Shown piece by piece: positions 49,397 through 60,227 of a stretch of 64,000 bases of DNA. Every line of letters starts with the position of its first letter. The first letter of the stretch is position 1. The position numbers and the translations under genes are program-made. The stretch lies in assembly GCA_009773495.1 (NCBI GenBank), contig WSXW01000008.1:64050-128049 (forward strand), written 5' to 3'. Source of the DNA: Bacillota bacterium. Lineage in GTDB: Bacteria; Bacillota; UBA994. The notes beneath the pieces were generated by a model. That model saw nothing but the letters and a program-made list of their open reading frames with translations, was not told where the DNA came from and did no database searches.

Positions 49397-50729
49397 TTTT
49401 AAGCTCGCTCGTCGCATCTCCTGGTACAATACGGTATTTGCCCTGTTTGCTTGCTTGTTGCTGGCCTTTAGCTCTAACTACTTGCTCAAGCACCACGTCA
49501 TTCGTACCACACAAGATGAGCTCTACGAGGCGGCTACGTTGCTGGCGCAAACCATCGATATGTCCGACCCAATACAAAACGCCATTAGGATCCGCACTGC
49601 TAGTAGGTCTGTGGGCATGGATATAGTGCTGCTCAATACATCCGGACGGGTAGTAGCCAGCACCTTGCGCCATTTTCAGCCCGGGGGACTGCTTGATGTC
49701 CCTCTGAAAGACTCCTCGCGTTTGAGCCGTAGTGAACGTTCGCGTTTACAGGATAGCCAGCACGTGTTTGCCCTTGCCGCGGTACAGCGGGGGGGGACCA
49801 AGGCGGGGTATATACTAGCCGTAACGCAGCTGCAGGACCTTGCTGCCATCACTCGCGGCATCATGTCTATTTTGGTGCCTGTTTCGGTAGTAGTAGCGCT
49901 CATTAGCTCGATGCTTGGAGGCATTTGGACTAGGAAGATTTCGTTACCGCTGCAGCAGCTTAACCAGGCGGCACATGGTATTGCGGCCGGAGATTTTCAG
50001 GCTGTACCTACAATCTCGGGTGACGACGAAATAGCTGAGCTCAGCGCCTCGTTGCGTTCCATGGCTGGGCAGCTGCAGGCCGGTGAGCAAGCTCAGCGAC
50101 AATTTGTGCAGAATGCTTCGCATGAGCTTAAGACACCGCTCATGAATATCCAGGGTTACGCCGAAGCTCTGCGCGACGGCGTCTATGTAGGCAATGAAGC
50201 TACCCACTGCTTAGAGGTAATTGGGCGAGAGACAGTGCGCATGCGCAAATTAGTCGATGACATGATTTACCTCTCCAAACTGACCTCTAAGGCCGAGGCC
50301 TTCAACGAAGAAAGTATTAGGGTGGGTGACTTAGTTCAGGCTATGGAGGAGTCAACGCGTGGCATACTGCTGGATGCAAATCTTGTGCTAGAGTGCGGGC
50401 AGATGCCAGACATTACAATCACAGGCGACTTTGACAAGCTGGTGCGTTCGTTTACTAACTTGATCGCTAATGGCGCAAGATACGCTAAGTCCACAATCCG
50501 TCTAGCTGTGGCGAGGGAAGCAAACGCACTTTTGTTCGAAGTGCGTGATGACGGCCCAGGAATCGAACCGCAGTTAATGGAAAAAGTCTTTGATCGCTTT
50601 ACTAAAGGTAGCAGCGGCCAAACAGGCCTAGGTCTGGCTATCGTCAAGGCCATTGTTGAACGCCACGGCGGCAGCGTGAGTGTGCGTAATGAAAACGGTG
50701 CGGTGTTCGAAGTAAGGCTACCAACCTAA
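49374..50729 (+). CDS. sensor histidine kinase (2 TM, HAMP, HisKA, HATPase_c)
   Basis: H-box (ASHELKTPL) and G-boxes (DDGPGI, GLGLAIVK). Overlaps the response regulator stop. Confidence 0.8.
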   Translation: MGIGLMGDFKLARRISWYNTVFALFACLLLAFSSNYLLKHHVIRTTQDELYEAATLLAQTIDMSDPIQNAIRIRTASRSVGMDIVLLNTSGRVVASTLRHFQPGGLLDVPLKDSSRLSRSERSRLQDSQHVFALAAVQRGGTKAGYILAVTQLQDLAAITRGIMSILVPVSVVVALISSMLGGIWTRKISLPLQQLNQAAHGIAAGDFQAVPTISGDDEIAELSASLRSMAGQLQAGEQAQRQFVQNASHELKTPLMNIQGYAEALRDGVYVGNEATHCLEVIGRETVRMRKLVDDMIYLSKLTSKAEAFNEESIRVGDLVQAMEESTRGILLDANLVLECGQMPDITITGDFDKLVRSFTNLIANGARYAKSTIRLAVAREANALLFEVRDDGPGIEPQLMEKVFDRFTKGSSGQTGLGLAIVKAIVERHGGSVSVRNENGAVFEVRLPT

Positions 50730-50785
50730 GAAGAGCTACGGTTGGGCTACGGTGCCACTGATTTTGACTCGGTCAGTGATACCGT

Positions 50786-51778
50786 TTACCTCCTCGTTCC
50801 TCTCCTCCTTACCTCCACATCCCCCAACACCTGCTCCCACCGCTGAACCCAGGTGTGGTCGCGCAGGAGCCGCGCCCGCGCATTTTCTGCTAAGGTAGTT
50901 AGCTTACTAGGATGAGGCAGGTAATTCTTCAGCTTATGCACTAGCTCTTCGAGCGAACTGTAACCAACTATCTCCGTACCGTACTCAAAGTACTTCTCCA
51001 TCTCCGGGAATTCCTCCGTAAACACCGCGGTTCCGCAAGCCACAGCCTCAAACAGCCCAACCTTCACATTTATAAATCCAGCCACAGTCTTAGAGAACGA
51101 AATATAGGCCCTGCCGGTGTTCAGCGCCTTTACATGCTCCACTCCGTTTACCTGTCTACTGCGGGGAATGAGGCCCCACCGTTTCCACCCCTTGCCGTAT
51201 AGGCCTACGTTAAAATGCTTATCTAACTCCTTTACAGCCGCCAGTCTATCTGCGCGGGGGTGGCCGACAATAATCACGTCATAAATCTTCTTCACACTAG
51301 GCATAGGTCTATGAAACTCGGGCGAGGCCGCAAATGGCAGCAGCCGTGCTTTCACGCCGATGGCTTCATACTGGGCTATCGACACCTCAGCGTTGGTATA
51401 ATAGAGGTCAAAAAGACTAGCGTAATGCTGGCCTTGCGCAGCAAAGACGTCTGGGTCAGATAGAGCAATCCCGACGGTAACAATTCCACGCCTGCGTAAC
51501 TCTCTATGCATATCGGGTGTTAGACTCATGCCGCCGGCGTTACACACTACGGCGTCAGGCGTATAGTTCGCCATTAATTCCAGCATCTTATCGTCGTTTA
51601 TCCAGTTTACCGCCTGGTGCTCGGGATCACTATCTTTGTGTAACCAGGGCGATGGTCTACCGGTATAAAGCTCTGTATCAACAATCTTTGCCTCCGTTAC
51701 GCCCTTCAAATCCTTGGCCATCAAGGCCACAATATCGTTGCCACCCATCCAATAGCTGCCAAAGTGTAGAACTTTCAT
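50786..51778 (-). CDS. CgeB-family (spore maturation-like) glycosyltransferase, DUF3880/GT1-like
   Basis: Start MKVLHFGSYWMGG... with RBS aggtg at the ATG on the minus strand at 51778-51776. The 38-codon ORF-track N-terminal extension is unsupported. Confidence 0.55.
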   Translation of the reverse strand: MKVLHFGSYWMGGNDIVALMAKDLKGVTEAKIVDTELYTGRPSPWLHKDSDPEHQAVNWINDDKMLELMANYTPDAVVCNAGGMSLTPDMHRELRRRGIVTVGIALSDPDVFAAQGQHYASLFDLYYTNAEVSIAQYEAIGVKARLLPFAASPEFHRPMPSVKKIYDVIIVGHPRADRLAAVKELDKHFNVGLYGKGWKRWGLIPRSRQVNGVEHVKALNTGRAYISFSKTVAGFINVKVGLFEAVACGTAVFTEEFPEMEKYFEYGTEIVGYSSLEELVHKLKNYLPHPSKLTTLAENARARLLRDHTWVQRWEQVLGDVEVRRRGTRR

Positions 51779-52021
51779 TAAATAACACCTCATATCATGT
51801 CGCTTGTCGCTTGGGGATTGCCGCCCGTTAGCCGCCAGCCGCCAGCTTCTAGGCTTGTGCATCGTGGTAAACCACGATGTCTTCGGGGGCACAGCAGTCT
51901 TCTGCTACAGCATAGCACTTCTCATAAAACACGAAAAGAAAAAAGCTGTTTGCATAGACCTCGTTTAATGCGGCAAGAATACAAGAGAACTTGCCCGTAA
52001 CAAAAGGCGAGGTGAAAATCT

Positions 52022-53044
52022 GTGTCAACATTCATTTCATATCTGCGTAAGGCCCTAGCCTTCTCCATCTTCGTGGCCGCCATGAGCACCCTACCCATCG
52101 GCGCCATAGCCCCCGAATACCGCATAGCCTACCTAGTCGCAGACCAACTATCCCTCGGTGGAAAGCCACCGCAGCAAGAACCACTCGTGGTGCCCAAAGC
52201 AGCTCCTGTTAAAGATAACCCTGCAGCTAGTATGCCCGAGATGCCCAAGTTAGTGGTTGCGTCAGCGGGCACTGCCGTACAGCCTGCAGCCACAACTACG
52301 CCAGCTCCCACGGCAGTGGGCGGACCTACGCTAACGCATGTGGTCACTTCCGGAGAGACGCTCTCCGGCATCGCTAATAAGTACAAGCTTACTGTGGCAC
52401 AGTTATCGGCCTTGAACGGGATTACTAATCTGGACATGATCCGTCCCGGGCAGAAACTGCTTCTCGCCGCAGAACCACCTTTACCAGTAAGCCACACGGT
52501 ACGCAACGGCGAGAATCTTTCTTACATCGCCGCAAAGTATGGAGTAACTGTTTCGGCGATAATCCAATCAAACGACCTACCGGACATCAACAGGTTGAAA
52601 ATCGGGCAAGTGCTTAACATTCCTTCGGCATCCACCGGGGCACTGGCTTCACGCAGTGCGGTGAGCTCCGCTGGCTATATATGGCCACTCACAGGGTCAA
52701 TCAGCTCTTTCTTTGGTGAACTTCGGGGGGCCTCACGTCATAGCGGGCTTGACATAGCTGCCCCGACTGGTAAGGACATAAAGGCAGCCAGAGCAGGTAG
52801 AGTAGATTCAGCAGGTTGGATGGGCGGTTATGGGTATGCGGTTATTATCGATCATGGTGAAGGTTACAAGACCCTCTACGCACATGCCTCGAAACTCCTC
52901 GCTAAGGCAGGTGATCGCGTGGTGCAGGGGCAGGTCATAGCTAGGGTCGGTAGCACCGGGAATTCCACCGGGCCGCATGTGCACCTTGAGGTGCGGATGA
53001 ATAGCAAGTTCATGGACCCCCTCAAGTATCTTCCCAGGCGATAG
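52022..53044 (+). CDS. LysM-domain M23 family metallopeptidase (peptidoglycan endopeptidase)
   Basis: Signal/TM N-terminus, two LysM repeats (HVVTSGETLSGIANKY, HTVRNGENLSYIAAKY), and an M23 core (HSGLDIAAPTG, GNSTGPHVHLEV). A terminator follows. Confidence 0.8.
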   Translation: MSTFISYLRKALAFSIFVAAMSTLPIGAIAPEYRIAYLVADQLSLGGKPPQQEPLVVPKAAPVKDNPAASMPEMPKLVVASAGTAVQPAATTTPAPTAVGGPTLTHVVTSGETLSGIANKYKLTVAQLSALNGITNLDMIRPGQKLLLAAEPPLPVSHTVRNGENLSYIAAKYGVTVSAIIQSNDLPDINRLKIGQVLNIPSASTGALASRSAVSSAGYIWPLTGSISSFFGELRGASRHSGLDIAAPTGKDIKAARAGRVDSAGWMGGYGYAVIIDHGEGYKTLYAHASKLLAKAGDRVVQGQVIARVGSTGNSTGPHVHLEVRMNSKFMDPLKYLPRR

Positions 53045-53049
53045 CCAGA

Positions 53050-53071
53050 GCGGCCTCCGGGCCGCTTTTTT
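53050..53071 (+). terminator. rho-independent terminator
   Basis: gcggcc-tccg-ggccgc followed by tttttt. Confidence 0.8.
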
Positions 53072-53210
53072 GTGCTATACTTTTAAAGAAAGTTACTGCA
53101 AATTGTAACCAAAACTTAAAAAGCTAATCCAATGGCATGTGGACCTAGGGCTATTATTGGCCCGGTTTTCTTATTGGGTTTTTGATTTTAGTTTCAAAGG
53201 AGGTCTCTCG

Positions 53211-54425
53211 ATGTTCACCCTCGTCTACGCCGACAAAAACGGTCTCGTCTACGACGATCCGCAGTACGGCGCCGTCAGCCGCACGGGATCTCTCCTGATC
53301 GAGCCCACGGCCGAAGAATTTATACCAATGCCAAAGGGTTCTAGCCTGGTAGTACTGCCGGGGCGCGCTCCGGTTGCTCTCGATGATCAAGGCAACATCG
53401 TGCTCTACCCTCGCAGCGGCGCGCAGACAGTAGCTGCCCTGCTGCCGCAGGGATATCTTCGCACTTTGCTCCCCGCCTACAAGCGGGTCCAAGAGGTCCT
53501 GCCCCTGTTCGGCTACGCTTCTGTAGCTTGGCGCGAGGGGCAATTTTGGGTTGCGGCTAGTGCTGTGGCTGACACCGCAGACCTGTACCGCTGGGATCCA
53601 GCGCTCTTTAATACATATAACCTAGAGTCCTTAGTAGAGGAGCGCAAGAATGAGTTTGCGGGCAATAGGGTATTAGCCCAGTTGGCCCATTGTTCGCTGG
53701 AATATGGTTGCTTTACAGCGCAAAACATAATATACCGCCGTTTCGAAGCAGGACTACCCCTATCCCCCGTGTGTAATGCCAACTGCGTGGGGTGCATTTC
53801 CCTTCAGCCCTCCGAGTGCTGTCCGTCCCCGCAGAACCGCATCGACTTTCTGCCGACAGTTGAAGAGGTAGCAACTCTCGCTGTCAAGCATCTCACTGGC
53901 GGTGGCGATATGGTGAGTTTTGGTCAGGGCTGCGAAGGCGAGCCGCTAGTACAAGGGGAGCTGGCCGCAGAAATCATTGGTACTGTGCGCTCCTCAACCA
54001 AACAGGGCCGCATCAACGCCAATACCAACGCCGGTAATTTTGCTGGTGTTAAGGCTGTGGTGGATGCAGGCATAGACTCGCTGCGGGTAAGTCTTAACAC
54101 GCCACGCCAGGAGGGATATAACACGTATTACCGCCAGCAGGGGTATAGCTTCGCCGATGTCGTTCGCTCAGTAAAATACGCTCGCGAGCAGGGTGTATTC
54201 GTATCTATTAACCTCTTAGTCTTACCCGGGGTATCAGATCGGGAGGAAGAAGTAGAGGCGCTGCTCAAGTTTATTGAAGAGACTAACGTCAACCAGGTAC
54301 AGTTTAGAAATCTCAACATAGATCCGGATGTGTATCTAAACCTTATGCCCAAAGCCCAGGGCGAAATACTCGGCATGCTCACCCTGGTCGAGGCTGTGCG
54401 CAAGGCTGGCGTGCTTGTTAGGTAA
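53211..54425 (+). CDS. radical SAM domain protein with about 190-aa N-terminal extension, function unknown
   Basis: Canonical C-x3-C-x2-C (CNANCVGC) located about 190 aa from the N-terminus. RBS aaaggagg before the ATG at 53211; the ORF track starts at 53139. Confidence 0.6.
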   Translation: MFTLVYADKNGLVYDDPQYGAVSRTGSLLIEPTAEEFIPMPKGSSLVVLPGRAPVALDDQGNIVLYPRSGAQTVAALLPQGYLRTLLPAYKRVQEVLPLFGYASVAWREGQFWVAASAVADTADLYRWDPALFNTYNLESLVEERKNEFAGNRVLAQLAHCSLEYGCFTAQNIIYRRFEAGLPLSPVCNANCVGCISLQPSECCPSPQNRIDFLPTVEEVATLAVKHLTGGGDMVSFGQGCEGEPLVQGELAAEIIGTVRSSTKQGRINANTNAGNFAGVKAVVDAGIDSLRVSLNTPRQEGYNTYYRQQGYSFADVVRSVKYAREQGVFVSINLLVLPGVSDREEEVEALLKFIEETNVNQVQFRNLNIDPDVYLNLMPKAQGEILGMLTLVEAVRKAGVLVR

Positions 54426-54426
54426 C

Positions 54427-55890
54427 TTATCCCAGCAAATAAAGGAACATAAACGCTGGGATTCTGAACATCCTGCTCGAATTAGCAAAAGGCCCATAGT
54501 CTCGGCTAGACTTAGTAACAAAGAACCCTTGGCATTCGGGCCGCAGCTCTAAAAACTCTAGCAGCGGGTCGCTGCCGAGTATATCTGGCCTGTCGCGGTA
54601 TTTCACCTGGGCGGCCACTAGTGCTCTGCCGGGTACAAAGGCCACGGTACTTAGCTCGCGGCTCGTCCTGATTGACTTCCAGTGCCCTAGGGTAGGCCGC
54701 AGTCTCTCGAAATGCCCTGCAAGGTGAGAAAGCACCGCTGCTTCTACTAGGCTCTCTAGATAGCTGGCATCAGTAAGGGCATCTTCCCATTTAAGCAATA
54801 CGGCATTGCGTAAGGCTGCATCGGCAACGTAAACCTTGGCCCTAGATTTCGGGATGCGGTTGCCCTTATGGTCAAGAGGGGGTGAGGTAAGGGTGAGGTA
54901 GGCGCGTTCTAAGCTCTGAAGGTGGCTATTAAGCGTGATGCGAGAGATATTAAGCTCGCGCGCCACGCTATCTTGCCCAATGAGTTGCCCGGAGTTGAGG
55001 CTGAGATATACAAAGACCTTCTCGAGGTCTAGTACGTTTCGTACTCCAAAGAGTGTCGCCATATCGCGCTTGAGGACTCTGTCTAGGCAGTCTTCGCGTA
55101 GGAGCTGCTGGGCTAGCTGCGTATCGTTGAGTGTAGCTGTCTCGGGGAAGCCGCCTACTAGTAGGTAACGCGAAAAGAAGGGTTCAAGCGCCGAAAAAAG
55201 GGCTAGGGCTTGTTGTTGCTGCTCTCGCGGCAGGCTAGGTAGGGTAGACAAACTAATCCCGCCGGGCAGGGGTAGGGGCCCCTGCCCGCGCACCCCCAAG
55301 TACTCGTAGAAAGAGAGGGTGGGTACGACTATCTCTACCCTGCGCCCTGTGCCCGTGTCTCCCTCCCCCGAGCCAACCGTAGCCGCTACGGAGCCTGTCG
55401 CCACCACTTTGTATTGGGGTGAGTAATCAGTGAGGTACTTGAGCCAGGTGCTCCAGTCTTCAGCATGATTTATCTCATCCAGCAATAGCAGCGCTGACTC
55501 GCTGCCGCCGAGGATGTTGGCACGGTAGATCTCCATAATGCGATTCATGGGTAGCATCTTGAGCATAGGATGATCGAAGGATATGTATAGTACTTGGTGG
55601 GCTTGCAGACTTGTCTGTATTGTCTCCTGAGCGAGCTGATACAGGATGGTGGTCTTACCCACCCGGCGTGCACCGGTTAGTAGCACTGTCCGGCGAATAG
55701 AATCGTTGTTAAGCCATGTGAAGGCCCTAACAAAGGCGGAGCGACGGAAGGACCTGGCGCATTCGGTGCTCACAACGCCTGTCTGCCACCAAGGGTTAAA
55801 CCCGCGCAGCACCTGCAGTACTTGAGTGTCTTCAAGAAAACTCATGGAAATAACCCTCCTATACAACATTTTAAGATTATTGTATACCAT
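54427..55890 (-). CDS. AAA-family ATPase with DUF4143 C-terminal domain (intact paralog of the 3096-3973 pseudogene)
   Basis: Walker A (GARRVGKTT) and Walker B (LLLDEIN), with the DUF4143 tail. Convergent with the radical SAM gene; their stops are 1 nt apart. Confidence 0.7.
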   Translation of the reverse strand: MVYNNLKMLYRRVISMSFLEDTQVLQVLRGFNPWWQTGVVSTECARSFRRSAFVRAFTWLNNDSIRRTVLLTGARRVGKTTILYQLAQETIQTSLQAHQVLYISFDHPMLKMLPMNRIMEIYRANILGGSESALLLLDEINHAEDWSTWLKYLTDYSPQYKVVATGSVAATVGSGEGDTGTGRRVEIVVPTLSFYEYLGVRGQGPLPLPGGISLSTLPSLPREQQQQALALFSALEPFFSRYLLVGGFPETATLNDTQLAQQLLREDCLDRVLKRDMATLFGVRNVLDLEKVFVYLSLNSGQLIGQDSVARELNISRITLNSHLQSLERAYLTLTSPPLDHKGNRIPKSRAKVYVADAALRNAVLLKWEDALTDASYLESLVEAAVLSHLAGHFERLRPTLGHWKSIRTSRELSTVAFVPGRALVAAQVKYRDRPDILGSDPLLEFLELRPECQGFFVTKSSRDYGPFANSSRMFRIPAFMFLYLLG

Positions 55891-56148
55891 AGTATACTAG
55901 TTAGTAAATAGGAGGGCTGTTTAGATGTAGGCGGCCTGGCGGGGAGGGGTGCAGTTGCGCTTAAATGCAAAAGTAAAGGGGATTTTGACAACATTCAGCA
56001 TAAACTTGCATAGTATGCTGACTTTCGTGCGTGGGTAATATAAATTTCCCGGGAAAATGTCGAATGGAAGGTAACGAACCGAAAAGGGGAACGGTACGTA
56101 GAAGCCGGATAATCAGGCTTGCCGTGCTGTCCTAGTCGGCGCTACAAC

Positions 56149-56180
56149 AAGAAGGCGTGGGGTTATCCCCACGCCTTCTT
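56149..56180 (-). terminator. hairpin terminator downstream of DAACS transporter gene (perfect 14-bp stem)
   Basis: aagaaggcgtgggg-ttat-ccccacgccttctt. The U-tract is weak on the minus strand. Confidence 0.5.
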
Positions 56181-56210
56181 GACCCGAAGCAATCTTTCTA
56201 CTGGCTCGCC

Positions 56211-57473
56211 TTACGCCGGCCTGCCCTTAGAATGGATGGCGATTGTTGTGGGGTAATCTATGGCATTCTCGCCTCTGGCGATAGCTAGGGTGCAAGCGAG
56301 GTCGCCGGTAACGTTCATGCAGGTACGGCCCATATCGATGAGACGGTCTACGCCCATGATGATGCCGATAGCCGATACCGGTAATCCTACGGACTCAAGC
56401 ACCATGGCTAGCATGATCATGCCAGCGCCCGGAACACCAGCGGTACCAATTGAGGCCAAAGTAGCTGAAAGAACGATGGTTACCATTTGACCAATTGATA
56501 GGTCCACGCCGAGTAGCTGGGCTAAGAACAGGGCAGAAACACCATGATAGAGCGCTGTGCCATCCATGTTGATGGTGGCGCCGAGCGGTAGGGTAAAGGC
56601 ACAGACCTCGCGTTTAATGCCGAGGTTTTTCTCGCCGCATTCAATGGTGAGTGGCAGGGTGGCAGCGGAAGAAGCACTGCTGTAAGCGAGGAGCATGGCT
56701 GGGGATACTCTCTTAAAGAAGTCTATGGGGCTGACCTTGCCAAAGATCTTGGCAATACCACCGTATACAACTATGGCGTGAATGATTAAGCCCACATAAA
56801 TGATTATGATGTATTTGGCCAGAGGCATTAGTATAGCAGCACCTTGGTTTGTGACAGTTCTAGTCATTAAGCAGAAGACTGCATATGGAGCTGCTTCCAT
56901 TACGAACATGGTCAGTTTCATCATGGCTTCGTTGAGGCCTTCGATTACTTTGAGAAGCGCCTTAGCGGGCTCTCCTACTAAGGATATCGCGATGCCCAAG
57001 AGGATGGCGAAGACGATGATTTGCAGCATATCTGCACGAGCGAGGGCATCGACAGGGTTAACGGGTATCATATTAAGGATGGTAGTCATAAATGGGGGCG
57101 CTTTGGCGGCGGTGTAAGTGACGCCCTCTGTCTTGATAGTGGTGCCGACGCCAGGGGTGAAGACGCTGGCAAGTAATAGCCCGAGTATTACTGCCATGGC
57201 AGTGGTGATGAGATAGAAGGCGATGGTTTTGCCACCAATGCGGCCTACCTTTCGAATGTCACCAAGGCTAGCAGTACCAACTACGATGCTGGCCAAGACC
57301 AGCGGTACGACGATCATACGAATTGCACGAATGAAGGCATCGCCCACAGGAGAGATAAGATAGGTGAGTAGGTTTTTGACTAAACCAGTTTCCGCGCCCA
57401 CAGCCAGATTAAAGATTAGACCGACAACAATACCTAAAATGAGACCAATAAAAATACGCGTCGCCAGCTTCAC
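56211..57473 (-). CDS. dicarboxylate/amino acid:cation symporter (DAACS/GltP family)
   Basis: 420 aa with about 8-10 TM helices and reentrant-loop motifs typical of the family. Confidence 0.8.
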   Translation of the reverse strand: MKLATRIFIGLILGIVVGLIFNLAVGAETGLVKNLLTYLISPVGDAFIRAIRMIVVPLVLASIVVGTASLGDIRKVGRIGGKTIAFYLITTAMAVILGLLLASVFTPGVGTTIKTEGVTYTAAKAPPFMTTILNMIPVNPVDALARADMLQIIVFAILLGIAISLVGEPAKALLKVIEGLNEAMMKLTMFVMEAAPYAVFCLMTRTVTNQGAAILMPLAKYIIIIYVGLIIHAIVVYGGIAKIFGKVSPIDFFKRVSPAMLLAYSSASSAATLPLTIECGEKNLGIKREVCAFTLPLGATINMDGTALYHGVSALFLAQLLGVDLSIGQMVTIVLSATLASIGTAGVPGAGMIMLAMVLESVGLPVSAIGIIMGVDRLIDMGRTCMNVTGDLACTLAIARGENAIDYPTTIAIHSKGRPA

Positions 57474-57749
57474 AGAATCGTTCCTCCTTTTTTTGCTCCT
57501 AAGTAATCATATTATAATAAGCGCCCTACAATATCCTACAGAAAAATACTAAAAAATACTTTATAATTCAGAATATTATGTCATAGTGAGTGATAGAACA
57601 AATGAGCACATAGCACATGGCGCATGGAACATAGTGTGCGGGGCGCTCTTAGAAAGCGGCAAGCGGAAGGCGGAAAGCGCTAACGGCTGACGGCCACTCT
57701 ACAAGAGACAAGGGACAAGCGACAAAATCCCACTCAATTCAAATCTTAC

Positions 57750-57779
57750 TTGCCCACACCAATTTCCACATGATATAAT
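57750..57779 (+). promoter_or_regulatory. putative sigma-A promoter for rpmE (TTGCCC -35, 18-nt spacer, extended TGaTATAAT -10)
   Basis: ttgcccacaccaatttccacatgatataat lies 34 nt upstream of the rpmE GTG. Confidence 0.5.
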
Positions 57780-57812
57780 AGCTGAGTAGTGCCAGAAAAG
57801 AGGTGAACCAGC

Positions 57813-58022
57813 GTGAAGGAGAAAATACATCCAAATTATAATACGTCGCTAGCAACCTGCCAGTGCGGCGAGACCTTCGAGACAGGTTCTGTCAAGAAAC
57901 AACTCCGCGTTGAGCTTTGTTCCAAATGCCATCCTTTCTATACCGGTAAGCAAAAGTTTGCTGAGATAGGCGGACGTGTAGATCGTTTCAAGAAGAAATA
58001 CGGTCTGGCTGAGACTAAATAG
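57813..58022 (+). CDS. rpmE: 50S ribosomal protein L31
   Basis: 69 aa [10 protein letters not shown]...[11 protein letters not shown]...[10 protein letters not shown], the zinc-ribbon form. Confidence 0.9.
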   Translation: MKEKIHPNYNTSLATCQCGETFETGSVKKQLRVELCSKCHPFYTGKQKFAEIGGRVDRFKKKYGLAETK

Positions 58023-58077
58023 GGACACGGTGAAGCAGAGCAAGCGCTCTGCTTCTTGTGCGTAAGGAGGTTGCAGG

Positions 58078-58974
58078 ATGGCAGATAAGACTGTGGGTGG
58101 ACAGGCTATTATGGAAGGCGTAATGATGCGTGGCCCCAAAGGTCTGTGCATGGCAGTAAGGAAGCCCGACGGAACTATTAGCATCTGCAAGAAGCGACCA
58201 GCAACTTTATCATCGCGCTGGAAGATCCTAAAATGGCCAGTTCTGCGCGGAACCGCGGCCTTTGTCGATACATTAGTTATAGGGCTAGATGCCCTTATGT
58301 ACTCGGCTAATGAGTCGGGTGACGAGGATATGCAACTTAGTAAGGGCACACTAGGTTTAACGATGTTCGCAGGACTTGCCATAGCGGTGGGCTTATTTAT
58401 GATTCTACCAACGGTGTTAATTCGCCTCTTAGGGGTAGTTAACGTTGCGCCTATCGTGAAAAATCTACTTGAGGGTGCCGTCCGATTGACTATCTTCCTT
58501 ATATATATTGTTGCCATCTCGGCCATGCCGGATATGCGGCGCTTATATCAGTACCACGGTGCAGAACACAAGGCGATCTTTAGTTATGAGGCCGATCAAG
58601 AGCTGCTGGTAGAAAACGTGCGCAGCAATTCGTGTTTGCACCCGCGCTGCGGTACAGCATTTCTGCTGATAGTAATGATCACCAGCATCCTCGTGTTTTC
58701 GCTGTTTGGTTGGCCTAACATGGTAGTACGCATTATAACGCGCTTGCTACTGCTGCCAATTGTCGCGGGTATAGCATATGAGGTGATTAAGGCGGCAGCT
58801 AGAGGCAAGAGCCCTTTGTGGGGAATTATAATCTGGCCGGGTTTATTGTTGCAAACGGCTACAACCCGCGAACCGGATGATGGACAGATCGAAGTGGCGA
58901 TTGCTGCGCTTAAAGGGGTGCGAGAGCTTGAGGACGAGGCAGAGGAACTAGGGCTGAGAAATCGGCACCACTGA
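58078..58974 (+). CDS. DUF1385 domain membrane-associated protein (conserved upstream of prfA in Firmicutes)
   Basis: N-terminus GGQAIMEGVMMRGPKG is typical of DUF1385. Confidence 0.7.
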   Translation: MADKTVGGQAIMEGVMMRGPKGLCMAVRKPDGTISICKKRPATLSSRWKILKWPVLRGTAAFVDTLVIGLDALMYSANESGDEDMQLSKGTLGLTMFAGLAIAVGLFMILPTVLIRLLGVVNVAPIVKNLLEGAVRLTIFLIYIVAISAMPDMRRLYQYHGAEHKAIFSYEADQELLVENVRSNSCLHPRCGTAFLLIVMITSILVFSLFGWPNMVVRIITRLLLLPIVAGIAYEVIKAAARGKSPLWGIIIWPGLLLQTATTREPDDGQIEVAIAALKGVRELEDEAEELGLRNRHH

Positions 58975-59083
58975 GAGTCACTGATCAGAGCCCCGATTTA
59001 CACTGATAAGTGGTCTATCATACAAGGGGCACAACTGCGTTGCCCTCCATTCATATCCACATTTCTAACTGAGGTGTTTACCA

Positions 59084-60148
59084 ATGCTTGAAAAATTAAG
59101 ATTAATTAAAAACCGTTACGAGCTGCTTACAGATCTCGTCAGTGACCCTAACGTAATTGCCAGACAAAACGAATGGCGTGCTTACATTAAAGAGCAGGCC
59201 AGCTTAACTACCCTTGTTAATGCTTTTAACAGGTACGAGAAGACTCTGCAGGAGCATGAACAGTCTAAGCAGGCCCTATCGGGGCAGAATGACCCCGATT
59301 ATAGGGAGATGCTAGAGCTTGAGGTAGATGAACTGGAAGAACAAATCGAGAAGATAGAAGAAGAGATAAAGGTTCTGCTGCTCCCCAAAGATCCTAAAGA
59401 CGACAAGAACGTGATCTTAGAAGTGCGTGCCGGCACAGGCGGCAACGAAGCCGCTTTGTTTGCTGCGGATTTATTCCGCATGTACACCCGTTACGCGGAG
59501 CGCCAAGGTTGGAAGACCGAGGTTATGTCCGCATCACCTAGCGACTTGGGTGGCTATAGAGAAGTAATCTTTATGGTTGAGGGCAAGGGCGCCTATAGCA
59601 AGCTAAAGTTTGAGAGTGGCGCTCACCGCGTGCAACGCGTTCCGCTGACTGAAGCTAGCGGGCGTATTCATACTTCTACCGCCACTGTGGCGGTTCTGCC
59701 CGAAGCCGAAGAGGTAGACATCGAGATCGATCAAAATGACCTCCGTATCGATACTTTCTGCTCCAGTGGCCCAGGTGGGCAGTCTGTAAATACAACTTAC
59801 TCCGCTGTACGTCTGACACACATACCCTCGGGTGTAGTGGTGAATATGCAGGATGAAAAGTCGCAGATAAAGAATCGTGAGAAGGCCATGCGCGTACTCC
59901 GTGCTAGGCTGTTCGACTTGGAGCAAGCCAAGCGCGATGCCGAGATGTCCGAAAACCGCCGCGGACAAGTGGGTACTGGTGATCGCAGTGAGCGTATTCG
60001 TACTTTTAATTTTTCGCAGAGTCGTGTATCGGATCATCGCATTAGCTTTACTACTCACCGATTAGAGGCGATTCTTGACGGTGACCTCAACGAACTTATT
60101 GATGCTCTGACGACTGCTGACCAGATGGATAAACTGCAACGGGCGTGA
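59084..60148 (+). CDS. prfA: peptide chain release factor 1
   Basis: PxT-region and GGQ motif ([11 protein letters not shown]). 354 aa. Confidence 0.9.
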   Translation: MLEKLRLIKNRYELLTDLVSDPNVIARQNEWRAYIKEQASLTTLVNAFNRYEKTLQEHEQSKQALSGQNDPDYREMLELEVDELEEQIEKIEEEIKVLLLPKDPKDDKNVILEVRAGTGGNEAALFAADLFRMYTRYAERQGWKTEVMSASPSDLGGYREVIFMVEGKGAYSKLKFESGAHRVQRVPLTEASGRIHTSTATVAVLPEAEEVDIEIDQNDLRIDTFCSSGPGGQSVNTTYSAVRLTHIPSGVVVNMQDEKSQIKNREKAMRVLRARLFDLEQAKRDAEMSENRRGQVGTGDRSERIRTFNFSQSRVSDHRISFTTHRLEAILDGDLNELIDALTTADQMDKLQRA

Positions 60149-60227
60149 TATGCATTATTTGGGGAGATACGTTCCTTGTTCCTCGTAACGAAGAGCTAGG
60201 AACGAGGAGCTAGGAACGAGGTTTACC

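Noticed and set aside
51779-51892. 38-codon N-terminal extension of the CgeB-like gene
   Set aside because: An internal ATG with an aggtg RBS at 51778 gives a canonical MKVLHFGSY start; the extension is Arg/Ser-rich with no support.
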